Assembly: GCA_031409335.1 (NCBI GenBank)
Contig: JANNWY010000305.1
Location: 1-28,205 of the forward strand
Direction: 5' to 3'
Length of the DNA: 28,205 nt
Origin: Chthoniobacteraceae bacterium
GTDB lineage: Bacteria > Verrucomicrobiota > Verrucomicrobiia > Chthoniobacterales > Chthoniobacteraceae
The notes below the pieces were generated by a model, which was given only the letters and a program-made list of their open reading frames with translations, was not told where the DNA came from and made no database searches. Shown piece by piece: positions 1 to 8,080 of the stretch. The position numbers and the translations under genes were made by a program. How positions within the stretch are numbered: the first letter of the stretch is position 1; every line of letters starts with the position of its first letter.

Positions 1-150
1 CCTCGCGCACCTCGCGCACCTCGCGCACCTCGCGCACCTCGCGCACCTCGCGCACCTCGCGCACCTCGCGCACCTCGCGCACCTCGCGCACCTCGCGCAC
101 CTCGCGCACCTCGCGCACCTCGCGCACCTCGCGCACTTTACGCACCTCGC
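1..150. repeat. 9-bp tandem repeat (CCTCGCGCA)n, truncated by window start
   Basis: 15 perfect units at 1-135, one degenerate unit CTTTACGCA (136-144), then a partial unit CCTCGC running into the palindrome at 146. Confidence 0.98.
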
Positions 151-272
151 TCCCAAGTTTCACTTGGGAGTGAAGAATTCCCCGAAGCTTTGCTTCGATG
201 TGTATCCGCTCGGAGCCGGTCGAAGCACAGCTTCGGGGAACACGGCATTCCCAAGTGGAACTTGGGAACGAG
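146..272. repeat. REP/REPIN-like nested inverted-repeat element
   Basis: Outer arms CTCGCTCCCAAGTTTCACTTGGGAGTG (146-172) and CATTCCCAAGTGGAACTTGGGAACGAG (246-272) are reverse complements with 3 mismatches, and each is itself a hairpin. Inner arms TTCCCCGAAGCTTTGCTTCGA / TCGAAGCACAGCTTCGGGGAA have 1 mismatch. Lies ~25 nt past the MTase stop. Confidence 0.85.
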
Positions 273-296
273 TTCAATCACCGCGTTCCGGCTGGG

Positions 297-1775
297 TCAC
301 GCCAGCTTGTGTCCGAACTGCTCGTCGAGGATCTCGCCCACCGTCAGGGGCACGATGACGCGCCCGGTCTGTTTGAAGTAGCGGCTGATCTCCGTCATGG
401 CGTCCGAGGAGTAGTCGAAGGAAACGAAGAACCCCTTGGCGCACTCCTCGCGCGCCATCATCGCCTCGAAGGCGTCGATGTCGGGACGGCCCGTCTTGTC
501 CTTTTGCTTCACCTGGATGGGGTAAAACTTCTCTTCGAGTTGCAGTTCGTCCGCCTTGTTCTTGCGGCGATTCTCAAGCGCGGAGACGGGGAAGATGCGC
601 CCGTCGATGCCCATGTCGCCGACTTGGGTTTTGTTCGGGATGCCGCCGAGGGCGATCACCGCCCAGTTCTCAAACTCGAAGTGCGGCAGGTCGCGCAGCT
701 TCGCCACCGTCCACGGCAGATCGCGGACGACGAAGCCGCGCCCGATCTTCCAGAGCGGTTCGCTCTCCTTCAGGCCGCAGACATCGCGCAGGCGCTTTGC
801 CATCACGCGGCAGGCGGTGGGCGAGATGTCGATGCCGATCCACTGGCGCTTGAGCTTCTGCGCGGCGACGAGCGCGGTGCCGCACCCGCAGAAGGCGTCG
901 AGGACGATGTCGTTCTCGTTGCTGCTGGCGCTGATGATGCGGTCGAGAAGCGCGAGGGGCTTTTGCGTTGGGTAGCCGAGGCGTTCGGCGGCTTGTGAGT
1001 TTAGCGGAGGAATGTCAACCCACACGCTGTCAATCGGACGGCCTTCTTGTTTATCAAGGTAGCGCTTCTCACGAGGAACAGCGCCGGGCTTTGTCTGCAC
1101 AACCAATCCATTGTCGTACGCTGCTTGCATACGTTCCCTTGTCCACCGCCACACGCGAGTGACGCCGAGAAACTCGTAAGTCAGATTAGGTCTATTGTTC
1201 GAGGGGTTCAGCAGACTGGTGAGCTGATAGCGCCGCCCGTCTGGATCGCGCTGCGAGTATTTCTCGTCCGTCTTCTCGTCCAGATTCTCCTCGTCGTAAG
1301 GAATCATCGGCGGGTGGAACGTCACTTCGTCACCGCCACCGTAGTAGAAGATCGAGTCGTGGTTGTTCGAGAAACCCGTGTAGGAAAGTCCCTTGGCTGC
1401 ATTGCGGCGCCAGATGATCTCGTTCCTAAAATTCACCTCCCCGAAAATCTGGTCGAGCATGACCTTCACGTAATGCGAGGCGTGCCAGTCGCAGTGGTAG
1501 TAGAAGGAGCCGGTCTTCTTGAGGACGCGGGCGAGTTCGACGCAACGCGGGCGCATGTAGTCGATGTAGGCCTTGGTGCTCTCGTGCCGGTCCTCGAAGG
1601 CGCGCTTTTCCTTCGTCTCGCCCCAGAAGACTTCGTAGTTGCGGTTCGAGTTGAAGGGCGGGTCGATGTAGATGAGATCGACGCAGCCGTCCGGCAGCTT
1701 TTTGAGCTGGTCGAGATTGTCGCCGCAATAGACGACGCGCGTGTCCACCAATGACGAGGGTTTTGCCGCAGGCAT
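297..1775 (-). CDS. Beta-class N6A/N4C DNA methyltransferase fused to a C-terminal Mrr-like endonuclease domain (492 aa)
   Basis: YCGDNL, motif IV IDPPF, YPTQKP, motif I DAFCGCGT after the TRD (beta order). C-terminus FEFENWA..DMGIDG..IQVK..GFFVSFDYS fits Mrr_cat. Start moved to ATG 1775 (MPAAKP) because the longer ORF overlaps DUF4058 and a promoter precedes 1775. Confidence 0.9.
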   Translation of the reverse strand: MPAAKPSSLVDTRVVYCGDNLDQLKKLPDGCVDLIYIDPPFNSNRNYEVFWGETKEKRAFEDRHESTKAYIDYMRPRCVELARVLKKTGSFYYHCDWHASHYVKVMLDQIFGEVNFRNEIIWRRNAAKGLSYTGFSNNHDSIFYYGGGDEVTFHPPMIPYDEENLDEKTDEKYSQRDPDGRRYQLTSLLNPSNNRPNLTYEFLGVTRVWRWTRERMQAAYDNGLVVQTKPGAVPREKRYLDKQEGRPIDSVWVDIPPLNSQAAERLGYPTQKPLALLDRIISASSNENDIVLDAFCGCGTALVAAQKLKRQWIGIDISPTACRVMAKRLRDVCGLKESEPLWKIGRGFVVRDLPWTVAKLRDLPHFEFENWAVIALGGIPNKTQVGDMGIDGRIFPVSALENRRKNKADELQLEEKFYPIQVKQKDKTGRPDIDAFEAMMAREECAKGFFVSFDYSSDAMTEISRYFKQTGRVIVPLTVGEILDEQFGHKLA

Positions 1776-1783
1776 GGCGGCGG

Positions 1784-1812
1784 AGAATGCGGGAGGCGGG
1801 GAAACCTGACAA
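1784..1812 (-). promoter_or_regulatory. Putative sigma70 promoter, leaderless-type (MTase)
   Basis: TTGTCA-17-CATTCT-8-ATG, no Shine-Dalgarno. Confidence 0.55.
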
Positions 1813-1843
1813 GCGCGCTGCATCCCTTTTCGGACCGTCGCGG

Positions 1844-2653
1844 TCAGCGCAGGCCGACTTCCTTTGTTCGCGCGGCCACCCATGCGGCGTCCTCTTCGCC
1901 GAATGGCGGGTCGAACGGACGCGCGTAGTCGAGCATCCAGTAGCGGCCCGTGGTGTAGCAGCGATCGACCAGCGCCTGGAGGTCGAGCGGGACGTCGGGA
2001 TCGGTGAAGCGAAGCGGGATGCGGATGACGGGCAGGCGCTCGCGCAGTTTGCAGGGATAGATTTCGCGGCGATCGGGAATGATGCCGCGGCTGGCGCAAA
2101 CGAGGTAATGCTCGCCGAGCGGCGCGTAGCGGCTGCGGTGCTCGGTTTCATCCAAGTCGATCGTGTGCCGCCCGCCGCGCAGCAGGTCGATCTCGACGAC
2201 GTTCACGCCCGAGGCGACGTAGTTCGCGCGCTTCGTGCGATAGGCTTCGCGGTGCGTGGTTTTGTTCGCGGGGCTGAGCAGTTCGATGACGGTGATGAGT
2301 TCGCCGGAGGCGGTGCGGACGCCGATCCAGCGGTCGGGCGGCTCCTCGACGGTGAGCAATTCCGGCTCGGTAGCGACGAGCGCATTTTCGCCGGAGGGCG
2401 GCGTCCAGACGGGCGGCAGGCCGCGTTTCCAATGGTCGGTGTCCTCGAGGATGGCGATGTCCGGGCGCGTCGCGCGGCCTGAACCGTTCGGCATCGTGAA
2501 CACATCGACTTGCACCTCAGCCTTCGCGAGCAGGTCGTCGGGCAACTCCATGCCGAGCGCATCGCGGATGTAGGCGATCAACACTAAATGCACGTCCGGC
2601 CACGTCTGCTCCATGAATGGATTCATGCCGGGGAATGGATTGGTCCTACTCAT
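1844..2653 (-). CDS. DUF4058 family protein (269 aa)
   Basis: N-terminal NPFPGMNPFME..WPDVH, RPDIAI, VIELLSPANK, VEIDLLRGG, LPVIRIPL..DVPLDLQ; start ATG 2653. Confidence 0.88.
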   Translation of the reverse strand: MSRTNPFPGMNPFMEQTWPDVHLVLIAYIRDALGMELPDDLLAKAEVQVDVFTMPNGSGRATRPDIAILEDTDHWKRGLPPVWTPPSGENALVATEPELLTVEEPPDRWIGVRTASGELITVIELLSPANKTTHREAYRTKRANYVASGVNVVEIDLLRGGRHTIDLDETEHRSRYAPLGEHYLVCASRGIIPDRREIYPCKLRERLPVIRIPLRFTDPDVPLDLQALVDRCYTTGRYWMLDYARPFDPPFGEEDAAWVAARTKEVGLR

Positions 2654-2660
2654 GGCGGGC

Positions 2661-2689
2661 ACCGTGTCACTTTCGCGATGTTCCCGCAA
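2661..2689 (-). promoter_or_regulatory. Putative sigma70 promoter, leaderless-type (DUF4058)
   Basis: TTGCGG-17-(TGa)CACGGT-7-ATG. Confidence 0.45.
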
Positions 2690-2770
2690 GCGACGGGTCG
2701 CGACCCAACGGCAACGAGCCTTGACGGCGGACGCACGATGGCGGCTGATTCGCAGTTCACCAGCTAACAC

Positions 2771-4513
2771 ATGAGCGATCCCGTTTCCCCATCCCGCCCG
2801 CCGCTCCGCGCTTGGGCTCTTGAATTCGCCCGCCGCTGGAACGCGGGCGTGTCGTCCGTGTTCGTGCTGCATGGGAATATCCACGATGTTTTCCCCGTAC
2901 CAGACGGTGCGAAGTCGGGTTACGCGCCGCTGAAGACTTTCCTGACGCGCCGGCTTTTCACCGAGCGCGAGTGGCTGCTTTTTTACGACATCGGCGACGG
3001 GTTGAGCTTCGGGTCACCGGAGATGCAGCATGAGTTTTTTGAGTGGCTGGCCATCTTCGATCGCGTCGAAGGCACGAACTTTTCGCAGACCGGGCCGCCG
3101 CGCGAATTCACCAAACTCGCGCCGCTGCTGCGCCGGTTTTTCATGCGCTCGGCGGAGGCGGGCGTGAAGGATGCGCACGGCGTCACGTTCATCATCGACT
3201 ACCCGGAGAAGATCATCCCCGCAGGGGAAGGCGGCGGCAGCGTCGAGGAACGGATGGCGCTGGTGACGCTGCTGAAGTGGGCGTCGTCGCAGGATATTCG
3301 GCGGCTGGACGTGGGCGTGATTTTGGTGACGGAATCCGCGCAGGAACTGCACGCCGACCTGCTGCGCAATCCGCACGTCGGCCAAATCCGCATCGACCTT
3401 CCCGATGTGGAAGACCGCGCGGCTTTCATCAAACACGAGCTCGATCCCGCGCAGAGCGATCTCGATGAAGCGATGCTCGTCGCGCGCACGTCGGGGCTGA
3501 ATCTGCTGCGCGTGCGCCAGCTCCTCGCGGAAGCGGTGAACAACGGGCGGCGCGTGACGCATGAGCATGTGACCGCCGGGAAAAAGCGGCTCATCGAGGA
3601 GTACTGTCAGGGCCTCGTGCGCTTCAAAGACCCGAAGCCCGGCGTCTCGCTCGATCTCGTGGCCACGCATGAGGCGGCGAAGAAAAAGCTGCGCGAACTC
3701 GCGTGGCTCATCCGCAATGCGAAGAACGATGTGCTCGAACGCGGCATCCTCGTGCCAGGCCGCGTCGGTGTGGGAAAAAGTTTTCTCATCGACTGCTTCG
3801 CGAGCGAGTGCGGATTGCCCGTGATGGAACTCGGCGAGTTCCGCAGCAAATGGGTCGGCGACACCGAGCGGCAGCAGGCGCGCATCCTCGCCACGGTGCG
3901 CGCGCTCGGGCCGGTCATCGTCGTCGTGGATGAAGCGGACGCCGTGTTCGGCAATCGCAGCGAAGGCGGCGACAGCGGCGTGTCCTCGCGCGTCTTCGCC
4001 GCTTTCGCCGCGCATCTCGGCGACTCCAGCCTGCGCGGGCGCGAGCTGTGGGTGGCGATGACTTCGCGCCCCGACCTGCTCGCCATTGACATGAAACGCC
4101 AGGGCCGCTTCGGCCTCGCGCTACCGCTCTTCCCCGCGCAAACGCCGGACGACGTGATGCGCATGTTCGACGTGGTGGCGAAGACGAAAAAGATCACGCT
4201 CCCCGAGCCGCTGCTAAATTTCGCGCGCGACCAACTCGGCACCCGCCCGCTCACCGGCAGCGATGTCGAGGCAATCGTGATGCGCACGAAAGAGCGCGCC
4301 GTCCTCGCCGAGCGCGACGCCGACCTGCAACTCGCCGATTTGGAAGAAGCCGTGAACTCCTTCATCGACCCGCTCGACGCCGAACTCCTGCGCCTGCAAG
4401 AACTCGCCGCCATCTTGTCGTGTTCGGACAAACGCTACCTGCCCGAAAGCAAACGCGACCTCGACCGCGGCGAACTCGCGGCAGAGTTCGCGCAGTTGAA
4501 GCGACGGTTTTAA
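2771..4513 (+). CDS. Classical-clade AAA+ ATPase with a degenerate N-terminal AAA module (580 aa)
   Basis: Walker A GRVGVGKS, pore loop SKWVG, Walker B VVVDEAD, SRH TSRPDLL..KRQGRF; the N-terminal half has only Walker-like remnants (FVLHGN, FIIDYPE). Confidence 0.9.
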   Translation: MSDPVSPSRPPLRAWALEFARRWNAGVSSVFVLHGNIHDVFPVPDGAKSGYAPLKTFLTRRLFTEREWLLFYDIGDGLSFGSPEMQHEFFEWLAIFDRVEGTNFSQTGPPREFTKLAPLLRRFFMRSAEAGVKDAHGVTFIIDYPEKIIPAGEGGGSVEERMALVTLLKWASSQDIRRLDVGVILVTESAQELHADLLRNPHVGQIRIDLPDVEDRAAFIKHELDPAQSDLDEAMLVARTSGLNLLRVRQLLAEAVNNGRRVTHEHVTAGKKRLIEEYCQGLVRFKDPKPGVSLDLVATHEAAKKKLRELAWLIRNAKNDVLERGILVPGRVGVGKSFLIDCFASECGLPVMELGEFRSKWVGDTERQQARILATVRALGPVIVVVDEADAVFGNRSEGGDSGVSSRVFAAFAAHLGDSSLRGRELWVAMTSRPDLLAIDMKRQGRFGLALPLFPAQTPDDVMRMFDVVAKTKKITLPEPLLNFARDQLGTRPLTGSDVEAIVMRTKERAVLAERDADLQLADLEEAVNSFIDPLDAELLRLQELAAILSCSDKRYLPESKRDLDRGELAAEFAQLKRRF

Positions 4514-4906
4514 TTCGGAGCGAGCACCGGAACGGCCTTTCGGCCAGCGAGGCGGTAAATGGAGAAGTCCGAGTCGAGCGTGAACACCCGACTACCGCGA
4601 TGGTCTTCCGCCATGCAGACGAGACAGGCATCTGCCAGCGCCATCGGCACATTGCGGTAGCGCGCCATGAGGGCGAAGACGCGCTCGTGGTTCTCCGCAA
4701 GTGGAAAGGTGCAAATAGTCTCCAATCTTCGCATGTGCATCCACGAGTCCGCTAACGAGGTGGCAGGCTTCGGCGAGAACTGCTTCGCAAATGAGAAAAG
4801 GTGGCTCGACTTGCTTAAACATCCGCACTGCCCATTCGTGCGCGCCATCCCCTTCGTCGAGATAGGCAACGAGAGGACCGGTATCCATCAGGATTTCTCC
4901 CGCCAT
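4510..4906 (-). pseudogene. vapC: Frameshifted PIN-domain (VapC-like) toxin
   Basis: N-half ILMDTGPLVAYL..CEAVLAEACHL in one frame, C-half TFPLAEN..MALADACLV..VFTLDSDFSIYR in another; junction TAT-TTG-C-ACC-TTT at ~4711. Confidence 0.85.
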
Positions 4907-5121
4907 CGGCCAAATCCCTTCATGTGCTTCTTGTTCGTCGCGAGGTCACCCACGCCAGAGTTCACGATCCCGCAGCCGTCCTTCATTAGATCATGCGCCG
5001 ATGTGCCACGAATTTTTTTGACGGGAGGCTCCAATCGCGTGGTGAGGAATTGCAGTAGCTTCCGCTGCTCGCGACGCGGGAGTGTTTCCACAGCTTCTTC
5101 GATCTCGGTGAGCGTGCTCAT
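4888..5121 (-). CDS. Putative type II antitoxin (77 aa)
   Basis: Small ORF overlapping the PIN start; N-terminus MSTLTEIEEAVETLP, C-terminus DLATNKKHMKGFG. Confidence 0.8.
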   Translation of the reverse strand: MSTLTEIEEAVETLPRREQRKLLQFLTTRLEPPVKKIRGTSAHDLMKDGCGIVNSGVGDLATNKKHMKGFGRWREKS

Positions 5122-5128
5122 GTCTTGG

Positions 5129-5158
5129 AAAGTAGCACGCCTGACTCGATGACGACAA
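5129..5158 (-). promoter_or_regulatory. Putative extended -10 sigma70 promoter, leaderless-type (TA module 1)
   Basis: TTGTCG-18-(TGc)TACTTT-7-ATG. Confidence 0.6.
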
Positions 5159-5216
5159 GCGCCCGCGCAAACCTGCGCGACAAACCCGTGCGGACCCCGT
5201 AGCGTCCGCGCCCGAC

Positions 5217-6482
5217 ATGCTTCGACTCACCAGCTTGCTCGGTCTTCTTTGCTTTATCGGCATCGCGTGGGCGGTTTCGCTCAATCGCCGCCATTTTCCC
5301 GTGCGCACCGTCCTCAGCGGCGTCGCACTTCAGTTCGTGCTCGCGTTTGCCATCCTCAAGACCGGGCCGGGCGCGGCCTTTTTCAAGTTCGCGAACGACG
5401 CCGTTTCCCAATTGCTCGCCTACGCCGACAAAGGCGCACTCTTTGTCTTCGGACCGCTCGGTGATCAGGCGCTGCTCAAGGAAAAATTCGGCGCGAGCAA
5501 CGGCTTCATTTTTTTCGTCACGGTGATGGCCACGATCATCCTCGTCTCCGCGCTTTCCTCGTTGCTTTACCACTACGGCATTTTGCAGCGCGTGGTGAAA
5601 GTCATCGCGTGGGTGATGCAGCGGCTCATGCGCACGAGCGGGAGCGAAAGCCTCGCGGCGGCGGCGAATATTTTCATGGGGCAGACCGAGGCGCCGCTCG
5701 TCATCAAGCCGTATCTCAAGGGCGTCACGCGCAGCGAACTTTTCGCGATCATGGTACCTGGCATGGCCAGCATCGCGGGCGGAGTGCTCGCCGCGTACGT
5801 CGCTTTTGGAATCGCCGCGGGCCGCGCGGACATGGCCGGGCATCTCATCACCGCGAGCGTCATGAGCGCGCCGGCGGCATTGCTCATCGCGAAAATCATG
5901 CTGCCCGAAACCGAGAAGAGCGAGACCGCCGCGGGCGCAAACGCGAAGCTCGAAAAAGTCTCGCGCAACGGCATCGACGCCATCTGCATCGGCGCGGGTG
6001 AAGGCATGGCGCTTTCGCTCAACGTCATGGCGATGCTCATCGCCTTCGTCGCGATCGTCGCACTCGCGAATGGGATGCTCGCGGGCGCGCAAGGCTGGTT
6101 CGGCATCGCGCAGCCGGTGAAGCTGGAAACCATTTTCGGCTGGGTGAATGCGCCGTGCGCCTGGCTCATCGGCGTGCCATGGGCCGATTGCCAGAAGGTC
6201 GGCGAAGTGCTCGGCACGCGCATCGTGCTCAATGAATTTGTCGGCTATCTCAGTCTGACTGATTTGCAAAAGACGCACGCGATCGGTGACCGCAGCTTCA
6301 CCCTCGCGACCTACGCGCTGTGCGGCTTCGCAAATTTCGCGAGCATCGCCATCCAGATCGGCGGCATCGGCGCGCTCGCACCAGAGCGCCGTGGTGAACT
6401 CGCCGCGCTCGGCCTCCGCGCGATGCTCGGCGGCCTGCTCGCCTGCTACATGACGGCGACCGTGGTGGGCATCCTGAGTTGA
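5217..6482 (+). CDS. nupC: Concentrative nucleoside transporter (CNT/NupC family)
   Basis: SGSESLAAAANIFMGQTEAP, NEFVGY, YALCGFANFASIAIQIGGIG motifs; multi-TM. Confidence 0.93.
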   Translation: MLRLTSLLGLLCFIGIAWAVSLNRRHFPVRTVLSGVALQFVLAFAILKTGPGAAFFKFANDAVSQLLAYADKGALFVFGPLGDQALLKEKFGASNGFIFFVTVMATIILVSALSSLLYHYGILQRVVKVIAWVMQRLMRTSGSESLAAAANIFMGQTEAPLVIKPYLKGVTRSELFAIMVPGMASIAGGVLAAYVAFGIAAGRADMAGHLITASVMSAPAALLIAKIMLPETEKSETAAGANAKLEKVSRNGIDAICIGAGEGMALSLNVMAMLIAFVAIVALANGMLAGAQGWFGIAQPVKLETIFGWVNAPCAWLIGVPWADCQKVGEVLGTRIVLNEFVGYLSLTDLQKTHAIGDRSFTLATYALCGFANFASIAIQIGGIGALAPERRGELAALGLRAMLGGLLACYMTATVVGILS

Positions 6483-7264
6483 ACTCCGCCGCCCGCGCCC
6501 TCATCCCGCTCGTCGAGCCGATCGGCCTCGTCTGGCTCGCGCTCATCGTACTCGCCGTTTTGCTTTGGCGGAAACGTCAGCGCGGGTTCGCGACGATGGC
6601 CGCCGGGATTGCGGCTTTCATTTTCCTCATCGGCGCGACGCATCTGCCCGATGTGCTGCTGGAGTCGCTCGAGCGTCCTTACCTCAGCGTGAAGCTGGAC
6701 ACGCTCCCGCAGGCCGATGCGGTCGTGATGCTTGGCGGCTGTCTCGATCCGGCTCCGAACGAAGTCGCCGGCCTGCATCTCACCAAAGCCGCGGACCGAA
6801 TCGTCGCCGCGCTGGAACTCATCCGCCTTGGAAAATCGCCAGTGCTCATCTGCGGCGGCGCGGGCGCGGAGAGAAATGGCGTGATGCAAATCGAAGCCGA
6901 ACTGCTGAAACAGGCGCTCATCGAAAGGCGCGTGCCCGTGCCCGAAATCATCAGCCTCGGTCACTGCGCCGACACACACGATGAAGCCGTGCGCACGCGC
7001 GCGATCTTGCAGCAGCGCGGCTGGCGGCGCGTGCTGCTCGTCACTTCCGCGAATCATCTGCCGCGCGCCGTCGCGACCTTTGGCGCGCTCGGCGTCGAGG
7101 TCACGGCAGCACCGTGCAATTTCCAAGCGCGCCCGCGTCGCCCCGGCGCGCTGATCCGGTCAGCGATTCCCGGCTACGTCGGATTCGAGCAAATGGCCGC
7201 GTGGATGCACGAGCAGATCGGCTGGTGGGAATATCGCCGCCGCGGCTGGCTCGCAGCGCCGTGA
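6479..7264 (+). CDS. YdcF/DUF218 (SanA/ElyC-like) membrane protein
   Basis: Two N-terminal TMs, DAVVMLGG, DTHDEA, LLVTSANHLPRA, HEQIG; TTG start overlaps the nupC stop (TTGA). Confidence 0.88.
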   Translation: MNSAARALIPLVEPIGLVWLALIVLAVLLWRKRQRGFATMAAGIAAFIFLIGATHLPDVLLESLERPYLSVKLDTLPQADAVVMLGGCLDPAPNEVAGLHLTKAADRIVAALELIRLGKSPVLICGGAGAERNGVMQIEAELLKQALIERRVPVPEIISLGHCADTHDEAVRTRAILQQRGWRRVLLVTSANHLPRAVATFGALGVEVTAAPCNFQARPRRPGALIRSAIPGYVGFEQMAAWMHEQIGWWEYRRRGWLAAP

Positions 7265-7274
7265 CTCCGCGCGA

Positions 7275-7985
7275 TCACTTCCCGATGTCCGCGGAACCAT
7301 GCACGCGCTTCCGGCGCAGGCGCATCCAGTTGTTCATCGTCTTCCGCAGCTTGTCTTTTCGCGAAAGGTAACGCCGGGTCAGTTCCGTAGCCGCGGTGAT
7401 TTGTCGCAGGATTCCCTTCACCGAAAAGTCCGCGGTGGAAAGCGTCGTGTAAGACGTGCCGATCGCCGCCTCGTGATGCGCGTCGCTGCCCGCGGTCATC
7501 GGCAATTTCTTTGCGGTCGCGTATTCAAACGCCAACTCGTTGTAGCGTTTCATCGTCGTCGCCGCGTTGAAAACTTCGAGCGCGTCGATTTCCAAAGTCT
7601 CCAGCACCGACTCGCGGATACCCGCGCGGAAGCGATCGTAAGGATGCGCGGGAATCGCAATCCCGCCCAGCTCGTGGACAAGCTGGCAGACTTCCAGCGC
7701 GGGCGCGCCTTTCAAATAAGGAAGCATGACGCCGAGGCAGAGCAGATGACCTTCCGCGGTGGAAACTTCGACGCCGGGAATGATGAGCAGCCCATCGACC
7801 GGCTGCCCGCTTTCCAGCATCAGGCCTTGATCGCGCAGGTAGCGACAGCCGTCGCCCGTGTCGTGATCGGTGAGCGCAAAACCGTGCAGACCCTTCCTGC
7901 GCGCGGTCGCGATGAGCGCCTCGGGGCTGCTCACGCCATCGCCGGAAAACCACGAATGGCAGTGCAGGTCGATGTGGTAGGGCAT
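7275..7985 (-). CDS. PHP-domain metal-dependent phosphoesterase (236 aa)
   Basis: IDLHCHS, ALTDHD, PGVEVST..GHL, AHPY, AGSDAH; start ATG 7985. Confidence 0.9.
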   Translation of the reverse strand: MPYHIDLHCHSWFSGDGVSSPEALIATARRKGLHGFALTDHDTGDGCRYLRDQGLMLESGQPVDGLLIIPGVEVSTAEGHLLCLGVMLPYLKGAPALEVCQLVHELGGIAIPAHPYDRFRAGIRESVLETLEIDALEVFNAATTMKRYNELAFEYATAKKLPMTAGSDAHHEAAIGTSYTTLSTADFSVKGILRQITAATELTRRYLSRKDKLRKTMNNWMRLRRKRVHGSADIGK

Positions 7986-7991
7986 TCGCGG

Positions 7992-8071
7992 AGGATGGGA
8001 GAAAACTGTGAAATTCCAAATGGAATGCGTTCTGAAACCGCCTTGGACTTTCCCGGCACCACGCGCACCTT
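7992..8071. promoter_or_regulatory. Divergent pair of putative leaderless-type sigma70 promoters (PHP / DUF4412-like gene)
   Basis: Minus strand TTGGAA-16-CATCCT-6-ATG (8019-7992); plus strand TTGGAC-17-CACCTT-9-ATG (8043-8071). Confidence 0.5.
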
Positions 8072-8080
8072 CCGAGCCTG

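Noticed and set aside
1..150. CRISPR array
   Set aside because: Contiguous 9-bp units with no spacers and no cas genes
198..998. 266-aa plus-strand ORF and the many other antisense ORFs in the track
   Set aside because: Shadow ORFs opposite well-supported genes, with no motifs
1776..2099. N-terminal extension of the MTase ORF (likewise extensions of DUF4058, PHP, glgC, ccsA, resB)
   Set aside because: Extensions overlap neighbouring genes or translate repeat DNA (e.g. EPRTSNLEPRTS from the 7-mer array); conserved domains begin at the downstream ATGs
4700..4720. Programmed ribosomal frameshift in vapC
   Set aside because: No canonical slippery heptamer at the junction and residues appear to be missing, so a deletion is more likely
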